From the NCBI GenBank assembly GCA_963805975.1, contig CAWDVR010000002.1, positions 96,001 to 160,000 of the forward strand: DNA of 64,000 bases, given 5' to 3'. This DNA comes from an uncultured Acidobacteriota bacterium. Its GTDB lineage: Bacteria; Acidobacteriota; Thermoanaerobaculia; Multivoradales; SZUA-115. Shown here in pieces: positions 48,139 through 57,781 of this stretch. Under the pieces are notes generated by a model. It saw only the letters and a program-made list of their open reading frames with translations. It was not told where the DNA came from and made no database searches. Position numbers and translations under genes: made by a program. Position 1 is the stretch's first letter. Every line of letters begins with the position of its first letter.

Positions 48139-49622
48139 TGGCAAGCGCGCTTTCCTGGCCGGCATTCAGCGGTATTCAAGGCCGCTCGTGGCAGCTGCCG
48201 CAGGAGCTCCGCGTCCGGCGTGGCATCTGGGGAAAAGTGCATGGCGCGCGCACCGATTTTCGCTGGATCGCCCAAAGCTCCGGCTTCGGTCATGGTGCAC
48301 AGCCGCTGGAAAAGCTCTTCTGGATGGGGCTCGAAGAGCAACCCACTCGCGCCGCCTTCTGGCGGGCGACCCCGGCTCGGTGGCTGGCGATCTCGGCCTA
48401 CCCCAGTCGCGCGGTGGATTGGAACGGGCGGCGGGGTTTCTGCGAGCGGCAGGTCCTCGAGTGGACGCCCGACCCCACCACCGAAACCCTGCCGGCGGCA
48501 GCCGCGGCACTCCTGCTGCTGCCTCGGGCCGAGACCTTCGACGACAGCCTGTGGTGGGATCAGGCGCTGCAACTCGCGGACTCCCCGGATCTCGTGCTGC
48601 CGCTGGTGGAAGATCGATCTCTGTACGTCCAGGTCGACGAGATCGCCCTTGCGGACGCGGTTCGACGGGGGCTCGACGAGCTGCGCAGCAGCGCTGCCGA
48701 CGGCGAGCTGCTGCCCGGTCTCGCGGCGCTCTACACGGCCCTTCGCGCCGGCCAGCAACCGGCTCTGCTGAGCGGGCTGCTCCAACCTCTTTCGGGGGTC
48801 GCTCTCGCCACCCTACTGTTGCTCCTGCCGCGCGAGCAGGCCGACCGCCTGTCGCTGGCCGGATGGCTCTTCGCCCACGGCGTGGCACCCTCGCGCCTGG
48901 CGGACAACTGGGACGTGGTCGCCCTGCCGCCACCGGCAGGAGAGCGTTCCATCACGCCCGACGACGAGGGCCTGCGCATGGCCGAGGCCCTGCTCGCGGG
49001 CGAGCCGCCGGGCGAGCTCGTCCCGCTCCCTCGCGCACCCAGGGCGAGCGCAGCCGTGACGAGCTCGTCACCCATCCAGTCCTGGATATCCCAGCCCCAG
49101 GCGCCACAGCCTTCAGAGCCCCCAGAAGAAGCTCGGCCGCTCGCCGCCCCCGGCCCGGAGGCGCCGGCGGTACTGCACGAGATCTTCCGGTTCGCCAGCG
49201 CCGGCAATCGCCGCTGGCTCGCGCCGGAAGCGATCGCACAGGTCTATCGGCAGCAAGCTCGCGGCGGTGCGCTCGCACCGGCCGACCGCGAGCTGCTCTG
49301 CGGCTGGATCGCTCAGCTCGCGACCCACCGCCCCCCTCACGCCGACGCGGACCAATGGCTGACGAAGGTGGACCTGCTGCGCGCGCTCGCCCTCGCCCTG
49401 GCGCCGTCTCCCGAAATCCTGGACCGTCTCGGAAGCTTCGCCAGTCAGCGGGTGCCGCCGCTGCTCTACGCCCCGATCTTCCAGGCCGGCCCGGAGATGC
49501 TGCGCGACCGCTTGGGCGATGCGGCTTTCCGCGCCGTTGCGAAAGAAAGCCGGGGTTGCCACTCGCCGCGCTGGCGACAGTGGGTCGAAGAATGGCTGGC
49601 GCCGCCCTCCGACGGCTTGTAG
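48138..49622 (+). CDS. GTPase-associated (GAP1-N-like) hypothetical protein
   Basis: Coupled to the GTPase (TGATG); N-terminal WGKVHGARTDFRWIA..S...D..GR pattern. Confidence 0.6.
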   Translation: MASALSWPAFSGIQGRSWQLPQELRVRRGIWGKVHGARTDFRWIAQSSGFGHGAQPLEKLFWMGLEEQPTRAAFWRATPARWLAISAYPSRAVDWNGRRGFCERQVLEWTPDPTTETLPAAAAALLLLPRAETFDDSLWWDQALQLADSPDLVLPLVEDRSLYVQVDEIALADAVRRGLDELRSSAADGELLPGLAALYTALRAGQQPALLSGLLQPLSGVALATLLLLLPREQADRLSLAGWLFAHGVAPSRLADNWDVVALPPPAGERSITPDDEGLRMAEALLAGEPPGELVPLPRAPRASAAVTSSSPIQSWISQPQAPQPSEPPEEARPLAAPGPEAPAVLHEIFRFASAGNRRWLAPEAIAQVYRQQARGGALAPADRELLCGWIAQLATHRPPHADADQWLTKVDLLRALALALAPSPEILDRLGSFASQRVPPLLYAPIFQAGPEMLRDRLGDAAFRAVAKESRGCHSPRWRQWVEEWLAPPSDGL

Positions 49623-49655
49623 CGACTTCGTGCTCACCACCTGCAACCCGTAGGC

Positions 49656-50759
49656 TTAGGGGCCAGGCGGTGAGCTCGCTTCGGCGATGACGCTCTCCGC
49701 CACGCCATAGCAACACCCAAACCCCAGCAGGCGCGGTACTCGCTGGATCGCCTGCGCCGCACGGCTCGGTTGGAAGCCGGCCAGCTCGAAGGCGAGCTCT
49801 GGCACGCTGGCCAGCGTCACATACTGGCGCCGGGCGAACTCCGGCAGATGCTGGCGGCGGTTCCAGTTCGGGTCGGCGGCAAACCCGGGATCGTGAAAGA
49901 TCGTCGCCACCAGCGCGCCCATCGCGTGGAGCTTGCCGAGCGGCCCCTCGATCTCCTGGGCGCGCGGCAGGAAGTCCGCTCCCTCCGGCGCCGGGTCGGC
50001 GAGCGAGTGGCCGGGTGAATCACCGAGCATCACGATGATGCGCTGCGTCTGCTCGGGCAGCGGCAGCTCCGCGCACACCGCCAGCGCGTCCGCGAGCGCA
50101 TCGACAAAATCGCCCCCGGAGGTCGGCGGCACCGCGGCGAGCCGCGCGGGCAGCTCGGCCCACGAAAACAACGGCAGCCGGAGCCCTTCGGCCCCCGTGG
50201 GCCAAAGCTTGTAGCGCGGTTGCAAGTCCGGCGCATCGAGCATGGACAGCTTCTCGTCGCCAAACGCGAGCACGCCCAGGCGTGCCTTCCGGTCGGTGCC
50301 GAGCTCGCGCGCCAGCTCCACCAACCGCTCGACGACCTTGGGCCAGCGATCGCTTGCCACGAGCTGCGGCCGCGGGCCGTCTGTGCCACCACGGGCGGTG
50401 CCGTCGATCACGAAGATCAGCTCCAGCTCCGCGGCTTCCGGCTCGCGGCGGGCCGGCGCAAGGGGCGCGAAGCGCTCGTCCGGCGGCAGCACGAACAGCG
50501 CGCGGTTCTCACTCCAGGCGTGCAGCTCGCCCGCGGCGTCGAGCTCGAGATGAAGGCTGATCTTCTCCTCTTCCGTCGCCGGCACCTCGAAACGCCAGCG
50601 GATCGCGTCGTGTGCGGCGCACGCGAGATGGAGACCCTGCGCACCGGGCAACGAGCGCAGGCGCAGCCGGCACCGCCGCTGCTCGGCGGTGAAGGGCAGC
50701 GGAAGAGACTCGATACGGCCGGTCGTCGAATCGATCGCCTGGAAAGACCAGGGAATCAC
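49656..50759 (-). CDS. Cytoplasmic vWA-domain protein
   Basis: LIFVIDGT, LGVLAFGD, SGGDFVDALADAL, VMLGDSPGH; GTGA overlap. Confidence 0.72.
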   Translation of the reverse strand: MIPWSFQAIDSTTGRIESLPLPFTAEQRRCRLRLRSLPGAQGLHLACAAHDAIRWRFEVPATEEEKISLHLELDAAGELHAWSENRALFVLPPDERFAPLAPARREPEAAELELIFVIDGTARGGTDGPRPQLVASDRWPKVVERLVELARELGTDRKARLGVLAFGDEKLSMLDAPDLQPRYKLWPTGAEGLRLPLFSWAELPARLAAVPPTSGGDFVDALADALAVCAELPLPEQTQRIIVMLGDSPGHSLADPAPEGADFLPRAQEIEGPLGKLHAMGALVATIFHDPGFAADPNWNRRQHLPEFARRQYVTLASVPELAFELAGFQPSRAAQAIQRVPRLLGFGCCYGVAESVIAEASSPPGP

Positions 50760-53365
50760 GGCTTGTCTCCCGAGCCGGAGCCGCCCTCTTTCTCGCCGGC
50801 CTTCTGCGGCGGGCGCGTTGACACATTGCTCGGGCGATGGTCCGGGATGTGCTCGAGCTTTTCCTCGATAGCCGCGAGCCGCCTCCCGTTCTGGTCGACG
50901 AAGCTTTGGAGCGACGGCGCCAGGGTGCGCGCCGCAAAGGCGAGGCTGGCGGCGAGCAGCAGCACGGCCAGCAGGCGGCCGGCGGGCACCGGCCGGAGCA
51001 AGTAGCGGCCCGCCCGCTCGGTATGCGTCGAAGCGGAGCCGGAACCTGCCGGCGCCACTCTGCCGGAGGTCGGAAAGATGTGCTCTTCGACGACGGAGAG
51101 CCGGTAGTCGAGGCTCGGCCGCGTGATGGTTTCGAGAATCAGCGCCGAGAGCTCGCGGGGCAGGCCGCCGAGAGACACCACGAGCTTGCCGAGGAGGTCC
51201 TCCGCCTCGGGGTCGACCGGGATCACGAGATGCTGCCCAGGAGCCAACAGGAGGCGCTCATTCTGCAAGGGCCGCCAGACCGGCGCACCTCCAGACGGCG
51301 CCAGGAGCAGATAACGCGCCGCTCGAGAGGCCGTCGAAGAGAAGAGCGCGATCTCGACCGGTAGCTCGGGGGGCGGCTCGGAGGGCGCGGTCACCATCAG
51401 CCCGCCGCCGGCATTGCGAAGCTGGGTTTCGAGATCTCCCAGCGTGGGCGGGTTGCGGCGGCGGCCTTTCAAAAAAGACCACCACGGCTCGGCGCCGGGC
51501 GTCTGGCGGCTCCAGACCAATACCTGGGCCGGCCGGCCGTCGAGCTGGGCGTCGATGCGCCGCGGCTCGGGAGTTTCCTCTTGGCGTGGATAGAAGAATG
51601 TGACGCGCTCGTGCATGGGCAGGGCCTCCCTGCGAAAAGATGAAGAGCCGAGGAGCTGGCCCAAGGAACTCTTGCGGCGCAGCACATCGGCCAGCCGCCG
51701 TGTTTCGTCGGACCCCAGAAAGCGACGCTGCCGCCAGAGCCCCGCGAGAGCCACGGAGGCGCGCTCGGCAGGCACACTCTGGGGCGCGCTCGCGTTGCGT
51801 TGCTCGATGGCTTCGACGCGGTCGTTCCAGGCCGACAGGTCGCCCCCCGGGGAAAAGGCGCCGGTGGCTCGAGGGCGCGAGCTCTCCGCCCGAAGCTTCT
51901 CGTCGCGACCGGAGCTCGGCGCCGCGGCCGGCGGTCGCGCCGCGGCCAGCGCGGGCAGCCAGCCCAGGAGCTGGCTCTCGAGCGGGCCCTCTGCCAGGCC
52001 AGCGAGGCTGGCGTCTCGAGCCGCCTTCTGATGAAGCTCCTTCTGAGGGGCCAGGCCGACCGTGAGCCGGCACAACTGTTCGAGTTGGAGGAGCTCGAAC
52101 GGCGGCGCGAGAGGCCAGGCCCGCCGGCCTTGCGGCCAGAGCTCGGCGATGTCTCGCTGCGAGAGCCCGCCGGGCTCGAGGTCCTTGAGAACCCGCTTCC
52201 AGTCCTCCAGCAGCACTTCGGGCGCATCGGCAGCCTGCCAGCAGGGAGAGATGAGCCAGGCGAGTGCCGCCGAGTGCAACGCTGCGGTTCCGAGCGCGGT
52301 CTGCGTGCGCCACCACGACCACCATCGAGAGGTGATCAGATCGCTCACCGTCGCTGACGGCGCCGTGCCGATGTCCCGGTCGAAATCGGCGGCGGCCCGG
52401 CGCCATTCGGCCTCGCCGCTCGGATCACCGCGTTGCTCCAGGCGCGCCATCCGGATCGCCATCAAATGCTGCCGCGCGGGCAAGGAGCCGCCCTTCGGCG
52501 CATGACGCTCGACGAACGGCAAGAGCGCCTCCGGGTTGGTCAGAGCGAGCTCGACGGCAGCCGCGGCATAGCTCTGAACCTCGGTCGACAGGCGGGGCCC
52601 GGATCGCAGCACTCCGTCTCGATCCAGCAGCAAGGCCTCGCGGGCATGCGACAGCGCTTGGACGGCCACTTCTTCCGGGACCACCAGCAAGTTGGCCCCT
52701 TGGCGCAGGAACGCCGCCGGCTGGCGGGTGAAGATCCGGATCCTGGCCGTGGCCCGCAGCAGCGGCGGCAGCGCGGCGCGCGCGAAACCGGCCAGGCTCG
52801 GGATCGGGCCACCGGTCACGAAGGTCGCCATCGGAACTGCCACCAGCAGAGAGCGGCGCGTGGCGAGAGCGGCGTAGAGGCTCGCCAGCCAGCGCGTTGC
52901 GACCTCGGGCTCGGCGGCGATCGCCTCGGCCCAACGCGGAGCTGGCGGCGACGGTATCCGGACTTCTTCGCGCCGGCCCTCCGACCAGGGTTGCTCGAAG
53001 GCCTCGGAACGGCCCAGGAGAAAACCGGGGTCTGGCGAAACGGGCAGCGCCCGGGCATGGGCGAAGTAAGCCGGCCGGCGATCGAAGACCCCAGCCGCGC
53101 ACAGGCGAACGACCCAGGTAAAGCCGTGGGTGACGAGGCAGGACCACGCTTCCAGGTCCTTGCCCAACAGGCGATGGTCGGACGTCACGGCGTCGAGCGT
53201 CATCCAATCGCGCAGTGTCTCGAGCAGCTCGGTGTCGTCCGCCAGCGGCCCCTCCGCAGCCAAATACTGCTCTCCGTCAGCGACCGGGCGGCCCGGCCCC
53301 TCGCCGATCCCATGTCGGGATTGACCGCGAAAGAGCGCTAACGACCGAGGCTCGTTCATCGCCAT
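50756..53365 (-). CDS. GTPase-associated (GAP1-N-like) protein with C-terminal TM
   Basis: Starts just after the GTPase stop; DRRPAYFAHA motif; TM LLAVLLLAASLAFAA near the C-terminus. Confidence 0.62.
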   Translation of the reverse strand: MAMNEPRSLALFRGQSRHGIGEGPGRPVADGEQYLAAEGPLADDTELLETLRDWMTLDAVTSDHRLLGKDLEAWSCLVTHGFTWVVRLCAAGVFDRRPAYFAHARALPVSPDPGFLLGRSEAFEQPWSEGRREEVRIPSPPAPRWAEAIAAEPEVATRWLASLYAALATRRSLLVAVPMATFVTGGPIPSLAGFARAALPPLLRATARIRIFTRQPAAFLRQGANLLVVPEEVAVQALSHAREALLLDRDGVLRSGPRLSTEVQSYAAAAVELALTNPEALLPFVERHAPKGGSLPARQHLMAIRMARLEQRGDPSGEAEWRRAAADFDRDIGTAPSATVSDLITSRWWSWWRTQTALGTAALHSAALAWLISPCWQAADAPEVLLEDWKRVLKDLEPGGLSQRDIAELWPQGRRAWPLAPPFELLQLEQLCRLTVGLAPQKELHQKAARDASLAGLAEGPLESQLLGWLPALAAARPPAAAPSSGRDEKLRAESSRPRATGAFSPGGDLSAWNDRVEAIEQRNASAPQSVPAERASVALAGLWRQRRFLGSDETRRLADVLRRKSSLGQLLGSSSFRREALPMHERVTFFYPRQEETPEPRRIDAQLDGRPAQVLVWSRQTPGAEPWWSFLKGRRRNPPTLGDLETQLRNAGGGLMVTAPSEPPPELPVEIALFSSTASRAARYLLLAPSGGAPVWRPLQNERLLLAPGQHLVIPVDPEAEDLLGKLVVSLGGLPRELSALILETITRPSLDYRLSVVEEHIFPTSGRVAPAGSGSASTHTERAGRYLLRPVPAGRLLAVLLLAASLAFAARTLAPSLQSFVDQNGRRLAAIEEKLEHIPDHRPSNVSTRPPQKAGEKEGGSGSGDKP

Positions 53366-53370
53366 GACGT

Positions 53371-54468
53371 TTACATCAGGGCGTTGGTGGACGCGCACAG
53401 GGTCAGCAGCAGCGGCAGCTCGACGTGGGCCGGCACGGGCGGACCGATCGCTCGACGGCGGGAAGCCGGCAGCACGGCCCCCTCGAACTCGTTGATCCGT
53501 GCTCCTTCGACCGCCGAGAGCGGGATCAGCCAGGGCCGGCCATGACCGAGGTCGAGCTTCGATGGGATGGCGGCCACGAAGGGGTCGCTCGCGGCCGCGA
53601 AGCGCTGCCCCAAGAGCTCGGAAAGCTGGCGGGCATTTTCCAGGTAGCGGGCGAGCCCGCGCGCCGACCGCAGCTCGCGCAGGTAGGTTTCCGGCGCGGT
53701 GAGGTACGGCAGGATCCAGCGCTCGCGCAGCTCCGGCAGGCCACCCCGCACGTCGTCCGCCATCGTCAGAGCGACGATGCTCTCCACCGGCTGGGTGCGA
53801 CGGTGGCGATGGCGCAGCTCGAGGATGTTCTGCACCACCTGCTCGAAGCGCACCAGCCGGTTCTCGCGCTCTTCCCAGTCGAGGTCGCTGAGCTCGGCCG
53901 ACGGGAAGGCGATCCACAAAGGCAGGCAGAAAATCAGCACGCGCGCGTCGAGGATGCCGGCGCCCCAAAGGTCCTGGTTGGAGCCGTCCGGCACCATCTC
54001 GAAGAAGCCTTCACCGGAGCCGTCGAAGAAGTCGACATCGATCGCGCCCCGCCGGCGCCCGAGGAGGCCGAGGCGGTACGACAGCCGCAGCCGATACCAG
54101 CATTGCGTCAGCAGAGCGGTTTGCGCCAGACGCTCCCAGGACGTGAAGTCCTGCAAGAAACGCGGGATGTTGAGCGCTTCCGGTTGGTCACGACGATCCT
54201 GGGCGCGCCAGAGGCGGCTCGCGTCCTGCTCCAGAAAATAGGTGAGCGCGCCGGATTGCGCGCCGGCGTAGGTGCGATAGACCATCGCCTGAAAGAGGTA
54301 GCTCTTGCCGACTCCCTTGCCGCCGACAATGCCGACCTTGAAGGTGTCCTCGCGGGCGAAGCTCTCGTGATCGGGCTCGGCAGCCGGGCTCGATGGTGGT
54401 AACTCCCTCGAGTCTTCCTCGACGAGGTCCGGGCTCGGTGCGGGATCGTCATCGTTTCTCGGGCTCAC
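53371..54468 (-). CDS. TRAFAC-class GTPase (double-GTPase type)
   Basis: G1 GGKGVGKS, G3 DGSGE, G4-like TMAD, G5 LSA; AGGGGAG RBS. Confidence 0.82.
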   Translation of the reverse strand: MSPRNDDDPAPSPDLVEEDSRELPPSSPAAEPDHESFAREDTFKVGIVGGKGVGKSYLFQAMVYRTYAGAQSGALTYFLEQDASRLWRAQDRRDQPEALNIPRFLQDFTSWERLAQTALLTQCWYRLRLSYRLGLLGRRRGAIDVDFFDGSGEGFFEMVPDGSNQDLWGAGILDARVLIFCLPLWIAFPSAELSDLDWEERENRLVRFEQVVQNILELRHRHRRTQPVESIVALTMADDVRGGLPELRERWILPYLTAPETYLRELRSARGLARYLENARQLSELLGQRFAAASDPFVAAIPSKLDLGHGRPWLIPLSAVEGARINEFEGAVLPASRRRAIGPPVPAHVELPLLLTLCASTNALM

Positions 54469-54478
54469 AGGATCTCCC

Positions 54479-56092
54479 CTATTCCCAGAAGGCTCGGACC
54501 TCGATCGCGTCGCGCTGGGCAAAATGCTTGATAGAGCTCGAATGCACGCGCAGGCGGTAGCGCCCCGCGATGAGCCGGAAACCCTTCATCGCCGTACCGC
54601 TGCGGTCCGCGGCCAGCTGCAGCGTGGGGTGGGCGCGCTCGACGGCGCGCGCGAAGGGTTCCATGACGGCGGCTTGATAGCTTTCCGTGCTGGCCGACGA
54701 GGGCTCGGGGAAGAGGAGATAGACCTCGTCCGGCAGCTCGCGGTCGAAGTCGAGGAGGGGGCTCGCGGACTTGTACACGAGGCGCGCGTCGATCAGCAGC
54801 TCGGCACCTTTCCCCAAGGGATTCCGGGCATAGGCGAAGCAATCGATCCGCAGATAGTTCTGGCCGTCCTCGGAGTAGCGGTGCCGGAGGCAGCCGGGCT
54901 GGGCCCCCATCGACCAGGCGGCGCGGGCGGTCACATCCATCAAGGCCCGCAGATCCACGGGGCAATAGGCACGGTAGCTCGACTTGAACACGGGCTGATC
55001 GAGCAGCTCGGCAAGCTCCGGGCCTCGCCCCTGCGGCATCGCCCAGCCATCGGTCCAACTGTTCCGCATGGCGGAGTGGCGCCGCTGCCAGCGTTCCCTC
55101 TCGGCCTCGAAGAGCTGTCTCGTCTCGGCGCCGCCGGCTTCGGGACGAAGCTCGCCTAGCAGGCGAGCCAACTCGTAGTAGTAACGATCGACCGTGCGAC
55201 TGCGCGTCGCGAAGCGCGGGTCTTGAACCCAGGCCGACCGTTCCCGGTCGAACCAGATCGCTGGCCAACCCAATTGCCCCAAGCTGGGAGCCCGCTCGGA
55301 CGAAAGAGCCTTGCCGGCCGTTCGTATGGCGTTCCGCGCCGCGGCCGCCAGCTCCGCGTCCCGTCCCAGGGTCGCGGCGGCGGCCCACAGCTGCCGATGC
55401 CGCATGAAGCGCACGGGGTGATACGTCGCCAGCGCTGCGAGCCGGGCTTCCACCTCTTTCCAACTCTCCTCGGAGGCCTCCGGCCGCGGCTTGGCGGCGA
55501 GCTCGGCATCTCGGGCCATCGCTTCGAGCCCGTGGACGGCCCGATCGATCGCCGACTGCCAGAAGAGATCCGAGGCTCGTGCGGCGAGAGGCAAGCCGAT
55601 CGTCAGGAAGAGCGCTATCGAGATCATCGCCACGAGCACGATCCACTCCGTCCCGCGACGGATCGCGGCCGGCCGCGCCAAGCGCAGCGACAGCACCAGG
55701 GAGCTCGCCATCGATGCGACCGCCCAGGCTTGCAGCAAGGGGGCGTTCGCCCAGGCGGATCCCCACGAGAGCAGCAGAAGCAGGAGGCCCGTGCTGGCGG
55801 CCAAAAAGAGCGGCCACAGGCGCGGGAAGAGGCGTCCAGGCCGCTCTCTCCCGGCCCAGGCCACGCTCAGGGCGAGGACCGCCGCCGAGCCGGCCAGCAG
55901 CCCGGCGGGCACGGGCGCCCGAAACAGGACTCGCAGCTCCCGAGTCGACGACAGCACCAGGAGGGTCGCGGCGAAGATGGCCAGCGACAACCACGTGAGC
56001 GCTCGCGCGGGCAACGACCACAACCAGAGCCGGCCGAGCCCCAACGCTTGGGTCGGCAGAGGAACTGCCCCGGCGAGCTCAGGCCTCGGCAT
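54479..56092 (-). CDS. Multi-pass membrane protein with a soluble C-terminal domain
   Basis: About 5 hydrophobic segments in the N-terminal half; GGAGA RBS before ATG 56092. Confidence 0.72.
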   Translation of the reverse strand: MPRPELAGAVPLPTQALGLGRLWLWSLPARALTWLSLAIFAATLLVLSSTRELRVLFRAPVPAGLLAGSAAVLALSVAWAGRERPGRLFPRLWPLFLAASTGLLLLLLSWGSAWANAPLLQAWAVASMASSLVLSLRLARPAAIRRGTEWIVLVAMISIALFLTIGLPLAARASDLFWQSAIDRAVHGLEAMARDAELAAKPRPEASEESWKEVEARLAALATYHPVRFMRHRQLWAAAATLGRDAELAAAARNAIRTAGKALSSERAPSLGQLGWPAIWFDRERSAWVQDPRFATRSRTVDRYYYELARLLGELRPEAGGAETRQLFEAERERWQRRHSAMRNSWTDGWAMPQGRGPELAELLDQPVFKSSYRAYCPVDLRALMDVTARAAWSMGAQPGCLRHRYSEDGQNYLRIDCFAYARNPLGKGAELLIDARLVYKSASPLLDFDRELPDEVYLLFPEPSSASTESYQAAVMEPFARAVERAHPTLQLAADRSGTAMKGFRLIAGRYRLRVHSSSIKHFAQRDAIEVRAFWE

Positions 56093-56127
56093 GCTGCAGG
56101 TCTCCATGTGCCACGGTCGCACCGGAT

Positions 56128-56154
56128 AGACACTGCGGAGCCTGCTTTGTTGCC
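56128..56154 (-). promoter_or_regulatory. ECF-type promoter GGCAACAA-N13-GTGTCT facing the second GTPase operon
   Basis: Minus strand reads GGCAACAAagcaggctccgcaGTGTCTatc; third exact copy of the motif. Confidence 0.72.
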
Positions 56155-56233
56155 ATGGAGCTACCGCAGAGCGGGATCGGACCTGCTCCGCGGTGACGTG
56201 CTAGTAGGGCGAGTTACGGAAAGCTGCGAGGCG

Positions 56234-56255
56234 CCGGCTCGCGAAAGCGAGCCGG
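56234..56255. other. Perfect hairpin with GAAA loop
   Basis: CCGGCTCGC-GAAA-GCGAGCCGG. Confidence 0.55.
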
Positions 56256-56378
56256 TCCCGATTCTCACGTCGTCAGAGCACGATGGCGGCCCAGGCCGGC
56301 TGCCCGGAGGCATGTCAGCATCGATGGCCGAGCGAGCTTGGCAGCGGGGGTTCAATGGACACGGTGGCGCCTCATGCT

Positions 56379-57781
56379 CTAGCAGCCCGTGGCGGAAGCC
56401 AGGTGTCTCGGCGCTGACCCAGGGTGCAAGCCGAGGGCCCGGCCGAGCACCTGGGGGAGTGTGTGGAGCCATCGGATCGGCGAGGAGGTCGATCTGAGGT
56501 GTCGCAGCTGCGAGCCAGACCCGGACGGTGGCCAGCAGCCTCCCGGGGCGACCCTGCAGCCCCCGCGGTGTTCCTGCACCGAGAAGCTGGCGCATCACGA
56601 GCCCAAGGTTGAAGGCTCCGAGATGGATCAACACTCGTTTGAGGATGTTGGCGTGGCCTCTGAGGTGGACCCGCCGCAGGCCTCCGGTTTCATAGCTGTG
56701 GGCCATGCTGCGTTCGGTCTTCTCGGCTCGCCAGCGGGCGAGCTTGCGTCCTCGGTGGCCTTGGACTCGCCGGCGGTTGGCGTAGGTGGCCCTCTTCTCG
56801 CTCGTGCGCCTCTTCCAGCGACGCCGTGGCCTCTTCGGCTCCGGGATGTAGGTGCGCAGGCCCAGCGTGCCGGCGTGCTCGAGCACGGCTGCGCTGTGAT
56901 ACCCGCGGTCCGCCACCAGTTCGGTCATCACCGGCTCGTCCTCGTCGAGCTCTTCGATCACCGCAGCCAGGTTCTCCAGGGCCTCCGAAAAGGTCTCTTC
57001 CAAGCTCTGCGTGTCGCCCCGGTCCGCCGGCTGCACGGTCACCGCCACCACCGCTCCCGTCTCCAAGTCCACCGCGTGCTCGGCCTTGTGGGCCAGATGC
57101 GTGCGGCCGTCCTTCATCCGGGTGATCTTGGCGTCCGGGTCGTGAGGGTTCGTCCAGTCGTCGTTGGAGGCTTTCCCCTTGCGGTTCTTGTCCTGTCGAG
57201 CCAGCTCGGCTCTCGTCGGCGTCGGCTGACCCGACTCCTCGGCCAGACGGCGCAGAAACTCTCCGTACCCTTCGCCCGTCTCCCGCCGCACGATGCTCTT
57301 CATCGCTGCGTTGGCTTCCAGGGTCGTGGCATCCACACCCAGCGTCTGGCCCTTGAGCAGACCCTTCTCCGCCAGGACCTTGAGCACCCAGGCGAAGATC
57401 TCTTGGTGGGTCTCCACATCGATCAGACGCCGGTTGCGAGAGATCGTCGAGTGGTCCGGCGTCGCATCCGACAGCGAGTAGCCCAGAGAGTCCCGCAAGG
57501 TCAGCGAGTCGGCTACCCTCCAGGCGATCCCGCGCTCCGAGTCGATCCCCTCGAAAGTAGCCGAGCAGAAGCAGCCGAAAGTACACCCCTGGCGGCAGCG
57601 ACGGCCGACCCAGCCGCTCGGCGTAGAAAACCCGGCACTGCTCCTCGGCGAAGCCATCGAAGCCGTGATCGGACAAGAGTCGATTCAACCGCTCGTAGAA
57701 CGGGTGGCCGGGCCTGCGAGCCAGATCCTGCGTCGCGATCCACAGCCCGCCCTGCCGGCCCTTGCGCCTACCCATCGCCAT
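56379..57781 (-). pseudogene. Frameshifted IS1182/IS5-like DDE transposase (DUF772-type N-terminus)
   Basis: MAMGRRK...GHPFYERLN...GRPSLPPGVYFRLLLLGYF, then a frame change near 57555 to EGIDSERGIAWR...PDHSTISR...GVDATTLEANA...ADRGY...ERS; terminal CTAG-CAGCCCGT at 56379. Confidence 0.85.

Noticed and set aside
25209-49622. Type VI secretion locus (kinase, PP2C, FHA, TagF-like WGK..DF motif)
   Set aside because: No sheath, Hcp, VgrG, TssM or ClpV genes in the window
57550-57560. Programmed frameshift in the transposase
   Set aside because: No slippery heptamer, only a T3 run; other signs of decay favour mutation or sequencing error
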